Below, piece by piece: positions 58,557 through 64,000 of a stretch of DNA of 64,000 bases. Position 1 is the stretch's first letter, and the number at the start of each line of letters is the position of its first letter. The position numbers and the translations under genes are program-made. Under the pieces are notes generated by a model. It searched no databases, was not told the DNA's origin, and saw only the letters and a list, made by a program, of their open reading frames with translations. Origin of the DNA: Acidobacteriota bacterium (GTDB lineage: Bacteria; Acidobacteriota; CAIWXX01); the NCBI GenBank assembly GCA_040755995.1, contig JBFMAF010000045.1, forward strand, positions 1-64,000, in the 5' to 3' direction.

Positions 58557-60278
58557 TTGAGCGAGTACATCGTCGCCTGTTGGAGCTGCACGGGCGAGTA
58601 CGACGCCGTCAGCGCCGTCTGGTGCAATTGCGATTCCCGCAATCCGACCAAGCTCTGCCCCTACTGCCTCCGCTGTTTCTGCAGCGCCTCGCCGGAATTC
58701 GCTGACAATTTCTGGAAAAATGCCCCGAATGAGCTGCTCGAGGAGAAGTACTCCCTGAACAGCACAAAAGCACAGCTCGGTCACATACTGGTTGCGGGTG
58801 GATTGATCACGGTCGCGCAGCTCGTCCGAGCCGCCGCGCTATCGAAGGCGACCGGGAAGAAGCTTGGTGAGGCCTTGGTTTCATTGGGGCTTGTGACCGC
58901 CGAGCAACTCGAGCAGGCCCTCGCGATGCAGAAGCCGGCGGGCGGCTCGGCCGCGGTGAAGGCGCAGGCCGCGCGCGCGTCGGCGGGCAGCTCCGCTGCC
59001 GTGGCAGGGCCCACCGGCCTGCCCGGCGGTCGCGTGGAGGCAGGCGAGTCTGTCCAGTCTCCGTCGCCGCTTTCCTCCTCGTCTCCCGATCTGGTCAAGG
59101 ACACGCTCAACAACCTGATGCTCGCAGCCCTCAAGCGCCATGCCTCAGCCCTGTACATCGAGCCGTCGGAGGAGGAAGTGGTGGTCCGAGTGCGGATCGA
59201 CGGGGTCTTGTTCAAGCTCAAGACGCTGCCGGCCGCGTGGCAGCCGCAGATCATGGAGAGGGTGAAGCAATGGGCCAGGCTGCAGGCCTCCGAGACGCGG
59301 ATGCCCCAGACCGGGCGGATGAGCCTTCGCGTGGGCGAGCGCACGTTTGACATGATTGTGCAGACGCTGCCGTCGGCGCAGGGGGAAGGGGCGGGTCTGC
59401 GCATCATCAATCGTGAGTTGCTCAAGCAGAATCTGTCCGCGCTAGGGTTTGAAGAGCGAGACTACACCAATTTCATCCGTGTCGTAGACGGTACTCACGG
59501 GCTCGTCGTCCTGAACGGGCCGCTGTTCAACGCTGTGACTGAGACCGCCTACTCCGTGCTGAATCACCTCGTGTTGAAGAACAGGAAGGTGGTTTCGCTC
59601 GAATCGCCTATCACATCGGCGTTGACCGGGGTCAACCAACTGGAGATCCAGGAGAGCCGCGGATTCGATTTCGCGCAAGCTCTGAAAACCATTTTGAATT
59701 TGAGCCCTGATGTGATATTTCTTGGCGACATACCCGATGGCGAGACACTCAAGTTGGCGTCGCGGATGGCTTCGGCGATTCAGGTGTTCGCCGCTCTGGA
59801 TTGTTCGAATGCATTCCAGGTGTTCGAACGGCTGAAGATGCTTTCCGGGAACGCGGCTCATCCGCTTGCGGCTTTGCAGCTCGTTGTCAGCCAGCGCGTT
59901 ATCCGCCGCAATTGCCCCCACTGCATCGAAAGAAAGGCCAACACGCCTTCGCTTGCCTCGGAGATGGGGCTGTCTGGAGACGAGATCCACCTCGTCCCCG
60001 AGGTGGCGCGCGGAAAGGGATGCTCCAACTGTAACGACCTCGGATACTCGGGGCGGAAGATACTGTTCGAGACGCTCGTGGTGGACGACGAGGTCCGCAA
60101 TGTACTCACCTCCGGCGGTGGCCAGGAGGACTTCGAGCACGCGGCGGCTGCCCAGGACTTCCGGTCGCTCAGGATGCTCCACCTTCGCGAGGTGGCGAAG
60201 TTGGCGACGAGCCCGGAGGAGTTCATCCGATGCGCGTATCCTCGCCCGTTGCTGAGGCGAATCTATAGGGTAAAATAG
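58557..60278 (+). CDS. PilB/GspE-family protein with degenerate ATPase motifs, N-terminal 8-Cys domain and MshEN (paralog 1)
   Basis: TTG start; CWSC..WCNC..CPYCLRCFC; LGHILV..GLIT / KLGEALV..GLV; VRVRIDGVL, PQTGR; Walker A position GPLFNAVTET; SQRVIRRNCPHC..GCSNC..GYSGR. Confidence 0.85.
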   Translation: MSEYIVACWSCTGEYDAVSAVWCNCDSRNPTKLCPYCLRCFCSASPEFADNFWKNAPNELLEEKYSLNSTKAQLGHILVAGGLITVAQLVRAAALSKATGKKLGEALVSLGLVTAEQLEQALAMQKPAGGSAAVKAQAARASAGSSAAVAGPTGLPGGRVEAGESVQSPSPLSSSSPDLVKDTLNNLMLAALKRHASALYIEPSEEEVVVRVRIDGVLFKLKTLPAAWQPQIMERVKQWARLQASETRMPQTGRMSLRVGERTFDMIVQTLPSAQGEGAGLRIINRELLKQNLSALGFEERDYTNFIRVVDGTHGLVVLNGPLFNAVTETAYSVLNHLVLKNRKVVSLESPITSALTGVNQLEIQESRGFDFAQALKTILNLSPDVIFLGDIPDGETLKLASRMASAIQVFAALDCSNAFQVFERLKMLSGNAAHPLAALQLVVSQRVIRRNCPHCIERKANTPSLASEMGLSGDEIHLVPEVARGKGCSNCNDLGYSGRKILFETLVVDDEVRNVLTSGGGQEDFEHAAAAQDFRSLRMLHLREVAKLATSPEEFIRCAYPRPLLRRIYRVK

Positions 60279-60284
60279 AGGAGC

Positions 60285-62135
60285 ATGGCAGAGTACATCA
60301 TCCAGTGCTGGAATTGCCTGGGCGAGTTCGACGTTTTCTCGGCAGTCTGGTGTGGGTGCGACCCAAAGAATCCGACCAAGCTCTGTCCATTCTGCCTGAA
60401 CTGCTTCTGCAGCGCATCGGCCGAGTACAAGGGGCTGTTCTGGAAGAACGCGCCGCCGCAGCTTGCAGAAGAGCGCGCCACCCTGAACAAGTCCAAGGAC
60501 CTGCTGGGCGACCTGCTGGTCAGATCCAAGAAGATCACTACCGACCAGCTCTTGCAGGCGCTGAAGCAGCAGAAGGAGAGCGGGGAGAGACTCGGCGAGG
60601 TGCTCATCGGGATGGGATTCATCACAAAGGACGACCTCGACGTGATCCTCGCTCAGCAGCACAGGACCCTCACGGCTGACCTCAAGAACAGGAGAGCGGA
60701 TGCGTCGCTGGTCCAGAACCTCGGCCTCGATTTCTGCTTCCAGCACGTGGTACTCCCGATCGAGCGCGAGGTGTTGCCGAACAAGACGTTGACCACCATG
60801 GCCATGTCGAATCCGCAGAACGTAGCCGCGATAGAGTACGCGCAGAAGCGCCTGGGTTCGCAGATCGTCCCGATGTTCGCCCCAGCCGACGAGATCGTCG
60901 AGCAGCTGAATGCCCTGAAAGCTCAGGGGATCGGCGTGACTGGTCCAGGGGCGGTGGCCCCAGGCGACCTGGCGGGACTGAACGAGCAGAGAATCAAGTC
61001 GACGATGAACAACCTCATCGCGACGGCTCTCCAGACGGGCGCCTCCGATCTGTACCTCGAGCCGGGCCCCGGCGAGATCTCGGTCCGCGCCCGCATCGAC
61101 GGCGTGCTCTTCAAGATGCAGCCGGTCCAGCGGGACGCCGAGGAGGCTCTTTTCGCCCGGATAAAGCTGCTGGCGAAGTTGAATCCGCAGGACCGCGGGC
61201 TGCCCCAATCCGGCAAGATCATGTTCAAGTCGTCGGCCACCAACTACGAGCTCCAGGTGCAGACGTTCCCGACACCGGCCGGCGAGAGCCTGAATCTCAG
61301 GTTCTTCGACAAGAGCCGGCTCGTTAGGCCCCTGAATGAGATCGGGCTGAATAGCGTCGAGCTGACCTATGTTCAATCGGCCACAACTGAGCAGCAAGGA
61401 CTGATCATCGTGAGCGGGCCGCTCTTCAACGCGACTCCCACCACCATGTACTCGCTGCTGCAGAGCCTGGTTGCAGAGGGACGGCGGATCGTGACGATAG
61501 AGAACACGGCACAATGCGCGCTCGGTGGGGTCACGCAGATGGAGCTGCGGCCGGCTGAGGGAATCGGATTCGAGAAGGCCATAGGCGCCGCGATGAGCCT
61601 GGAGCCGCAGATCGTGGCCATATTTGACTTCAACGATGTGGAGATGGCGAGGGCCGTCGCCAGGCTGGCCAATTCACTCCTCGTCCTCGTCGAAGTGGAC
61701 GCGAGATCTTCGACTCTGGCCATCCCTGCCATGTCCGCCCTCGGATACCCGCCGGATGTCCTCGCCCGTCATCTGCGACTCGTGGTGAATCAGCGACTGG
61801 TGCGCAAGCTTTGCCCGCACTGCCGCGAGCAGATTCAGCCCACCGACTCGCTGCTGGCGGATCTGGACCTGTCCGAAGAGGCTTCAAAGCTCCCGCTCTA
61901 CAAGGCCAAGGGTTGCTCACGGTGTCACAACATCGGTTATTCTGGACGGATCCCGATGTACGAGGTCATCTATCCGGTCGACTCCATTCGCGAAGCGGTG
62001 GCATCAAAGGCGCCGGCCGCCGAGCTCGAACGCCTGGCAACCCGCATGGGCCTCCTCACGCTCGGCCAGAACTGCCTCAACAAGGTCAGCGAAGGCCTCA
62101 CAACCCCGGACGAGTACCTCAAGGCCGGGTTTTGA
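60285..62135 (+). CDS. PilB/GspE-family protein with degenerate ATPase motifs, N-terminal 8-Cys domain and MshEN (paralog 2)
   Basis: GAGGAG RBS; CWNC..WCGC..CPFCLNCFC; LLGDLLV / RLGEVLI..GFI; AMSNP, GASDLYLEP, RIDGVL; Walker A position GPLFNATPTT; NQRLVRKLCPHC..GCSRC..GYSGR. Confidence 0.87.
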   Translation: MAEYIIQCWNCLGEFDVFSAVWCGCDPKNPTKLCPFCLNCFCSASAEYKGLFWKNAPPQLAEERATLNKSKDLLGDLLVRSKKITTDQLLQALKQQKESGERLGEVLIGMGFITKDDLDVILAQQHRTLTADLKNRRADASLVQNLGLDFCFQHVVLPIEREVLPNKTLTTMAMSNPQNVAAIEYAQKRLGSQIVPMFAPADEIVEQLNALKAQGIGVTGPGAVAPGDLAGLNEQRIKSTMNNLIATALQTGASDLYLEPGPGEISVRARIDGVLFKMQPVQRDAEEALFARIKLLAKLNPQDRGLPQSGKIMFKSSATNYELQVQTFPTPAGESLNLRFFDKSRLVRPLNEIGLNSVELTYVQSATTEQQGLIIVSGPLFNATPTTMYSLLQSLVAEGRRIVTIENTAQCALGGVTQMELRPAEGIGFEKAIGAAMSLEPQIVAIFDFNDVEMARAVARLANSLLVLVEVDARSSTLAIPAMSALGYPPDVLARHLRLVVNQRLVRKLCPHCREQIQPTDSLLADLDLSEEASKLPLYKAKGCSRCHNIGYSGRIPMYEVIYPVDSIREAVASKAPAAELERLATRMGLLTLGQNCLNKVSEGLTTPDEYLKAGF

Positions 62136-62166
62136 GCCGACGGCCCGCGAATAGGCCGGCGCCCAG

Positions 62167-64000
62167 TCAGTCCCCGGGCTCGGCCGCCTGTTGCAGCCTG
62201 AGCAGCCCTTTGTCCTGTTCCCTCAGCAGTGCTCTTCCATCAGGTCCGACGCGAACAACTTTGGACACAGCCTTCACCTCCGCTGCGCCGGCCCGTTCCT
62301 GGACGAGCAGAGACACGAGCTGCAGGGCGCACCAATTCTGATCGTACACGTCGCCTTCGCTCATGCCCTTTCGCAGCACATCCTTGAGGCCTTCGATCGG
62401 ATAGGGGACGATCCAGTTGCGATGGAGCCGGACATGATCGAGGAGCTGCTCGGCTTTGGTCCTGCTGGGAGCACCATCGAGACCGATCGCCCCCCACGCA
62501 GCGTCCTCGCGCGGTGCAGTCACGAACGGAAGGATTCTCAGTCCGTACTCCCGCTGCTCCTCGTAGGAGAGTGGAAATGACGCCGGGTCGCCGAGAAAGG
62601 CTCTCAGCTGAAGAGCCGGCCCCATCGGCAGATATGCATTCGGCAGCGCGGAAAATTTCAACCGCAGGGAATTCAACAACTCACCGTACTCGTTCAGACC
62701 GATTGCCTCACCCTTCGCCCACCCGGTGTACTTCTGAGCCATCAGGAACTGGCTTGAATAGGCGGCCGAATCGGAACCAAACAGGAAGGACAGAGGGACC
62801 GAGGATCCCATGAACATCCGCCTGCCTGCGATGTAGTGCAGCCGCGGGTAGTCCATCACCTCGGTGCCCAGGTGGGCAAAGCCGGATACCAGGTACCCCG
62901 ATGGGAAGATCTCCCGCAGCAGAATGGCATCGATCGATGGCATGTCTATTTCGCTGAGCGACTCCTTGACCTTGGGATTGGACTCGATCACTCGTGCGGC
63001 ACGGCCGATCTCTGCGGCTCCCAACGGCTTGTTCGAGCAGACGAACAGCAGGTCACCTGGGGCCATCATGAAAACCCGCACCTCGCGGAACTCCTGCCGA
63101 ATTGTGTTCATGATGATCCCCAGCATCTCCGTGTCCGCAAGATACACGTGGACCCACTGGGCCAGAATGCCGTCATCCGTGAGATGGTTCTTTGCGAGCT
63201 GATAGAACTCCTCCGAGAAGAGCAGATCCACTCCAGTCACCCACAGATTGGACGGCTCGGATGTGATCACATCCCACTTCTTACCGCCCCTGCCGATGAC
63301 CCGGAACGCGTCGGCAACGTGGATGCGCACTCTCGCGTCTTTTTCGATGCCGTGCGCGAAGTCCCTGAATGAGGGCAGCGCGCGAACTACAGTCTCCGAG
63401 ATCTCGGCCACGTCTATGGTTCCCGCGTCCGAGTACAGAGCGAGCTCGCCCGCCGTCACCCCGGTGCCGAGCCCGATGACCATGATGTTCCTTCTTGCCG
63501 CCGCGAACAATGCCGGAACATGCGCCGATAGCTTCAGGGTGTACATGTCGCCGATCGTAGACGAGTCTGACTTGCCGTTGATGACTATGCTCAAAGGTCT
63601 CTTCTCGGCTCCCCGCAAGGGCGCCCCCTCGATCACAGTCACCGACCCGGTGGGTCCGTCGCCCGCGAACTTCACGTTCAGCCCTCTGAGGTACTCCTCG
63701 AAGAAGCGGTCGGGGCCGTCGTAGGAATGCGCCATCGGTGAGTGCTGGAGGAACGTTCCGATCGCGAAGTGATTCCGGTTGTACATCGGAGCGAAGACGA
63801 CGCAGATGACGGCGACGGCCGTCACAATGCTCGCAGCGGCCACCGACTTCCTGGAGACAAACCATGCGGTACAGAAGGTGGAGCAGGATGCCAGCAGAAA
63901 AGCCGCCGTGAATACGCGCGCGTTGTCCAGGAAGTAGAAGAAGGCGATTCCTCCGATCAGGCTCCCGAGAAGGCTGCCGAGTGTGTTGCAGGAGAAGAGG
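62167..64000 (-). CDS. Fused membrane (MFS-like)/spermidine synthase-like protein, 5' part outside the window
   Basis: Frame open to the window edge (NTLGSLLGSL), INGKSD, VIGLGTGVT, VAEIS, ADA, WDVITSEPSN.W, LFSEEFY, G..AQW. Confidence 0.85.
   Translation of the reverse strand, partial: LFSCNTLGSLLGSLIGGIAFFYFLDNARVFTAAFLLASCSTFCTAWFVSRKSVAAASIVTAVAVICVVFAPMYNRNHFAIGTFLQHSPMAHSYDGPDRFFEEYLRGLNVKFAGDGPTGSVTVIEGAPLRGAEKRPLSIVINGKSDSSTIGDMYTLKLSAHVPALFAAARRNIMVIGLGTGVTAGELALYSDAGTIDVAEISETVVRALPSFRDFAHGIEKDARVRIHVADAFRVIGRGGKKWDVITSEPSNLWVTGVDLLFSEEFYQLAKNHLTDDGILAQWVHVYLADTEMLGIIMNTIRQEFREVRVFMMAPGDLLFVCSNKPLGAAEIGRAARVIESNPKVKESLSEIDMPSIDAILLREIFPSGYLVSGFAHLGTEVMDYPRLHYIAGRRMFMGSSVPLSFLFGSDSAAYSSQFLMAQKYTGWAKGEAIGLNEYGELLNSLRLKFSALPNAYLPMGPALQLRAFLGDPASFPLSYEEQREYGLRILPFVTAPREDAAWGAIGLDGAPSRTKAEQLLDHVRLHRNWIVPYPIEGLKDVLRKGMSEGDVYDQNWCALQLVSLLVQERAGAAEVKAVSKVVRVGPDGRALLREQDKGLLRLQQAAEPGD

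Noticed and set aside
1..64000. Many long ORFs antisense to or overlapping called genes (e.g. 3982-4914+, 24605-26029-, 26497-28356-, 31462-34143-, 56581-58233+, 59442-61514-)
   Set aside because: Shadow frames expected in GC-rich coding DNA; no recognisable motifs, and the opposite strand holds a clear gene
1..64000. CRISPR array, integrase, transposase or prophage
   Set aside because: No regularly spaced 25-45 bp repeats with unique spacers, and no cas, recombinase, transposase or phage structural motifs seen

Overview
A GC-rich (roughly mid-60s % by eye) chromosomal window from a diderm bacterium. Acidobacteriota-like affiliation is my inference only. Housekeeping blocks: polX-nth-ybjQ-moeA-larE-bshC-bshA, glnS-gltX-...-tRNA-Gln(CUG), a cobamide uptake/remodelling operon with two riboswitches (btuFCD-btuB-cbiR-cobU-cobT-cobS-cobQ), PBP1A, aspS-hisS. 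These are interrupted by small accessory islets that carry no integrase or transposase. Best candidates for undescribed biology: (1) two tandem PilB/GspE paralogs (58557-62135) that share the same inactivated ATPase motifs (Walker A GPLFNA) and carry an N-terminal 8-Cys domain plus MshEN, with no pilus/T2SS genes nearby; (2) a DUF1016 nuclease gene bracketed by a 64-bp diverged duplication of the queF promoter and first codons, so it appears to capture the queF promoter through a coupled mini-ORF; (3) a 1181-aa pseudo-receiver (Asp->Ser)/Pro-rich/Ser-Thr kinase/TM/TonB-C fusion followed by a small coiled-coil gene; (4) an extra ~150-nt multi-stem structure and a duplicated P13-like hairpin behind the first cobalamin riboswitch; (5) a ~148-bp duplicated promoter element bracketing a five-gene cassette, inverted heptamer arrays and a branched intergenic hairpin element. 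Three frameshifted or truncated genes are visible. No CRISPR array or rRNA was seen. All calls come from reading motifs by eye; no database search was run.
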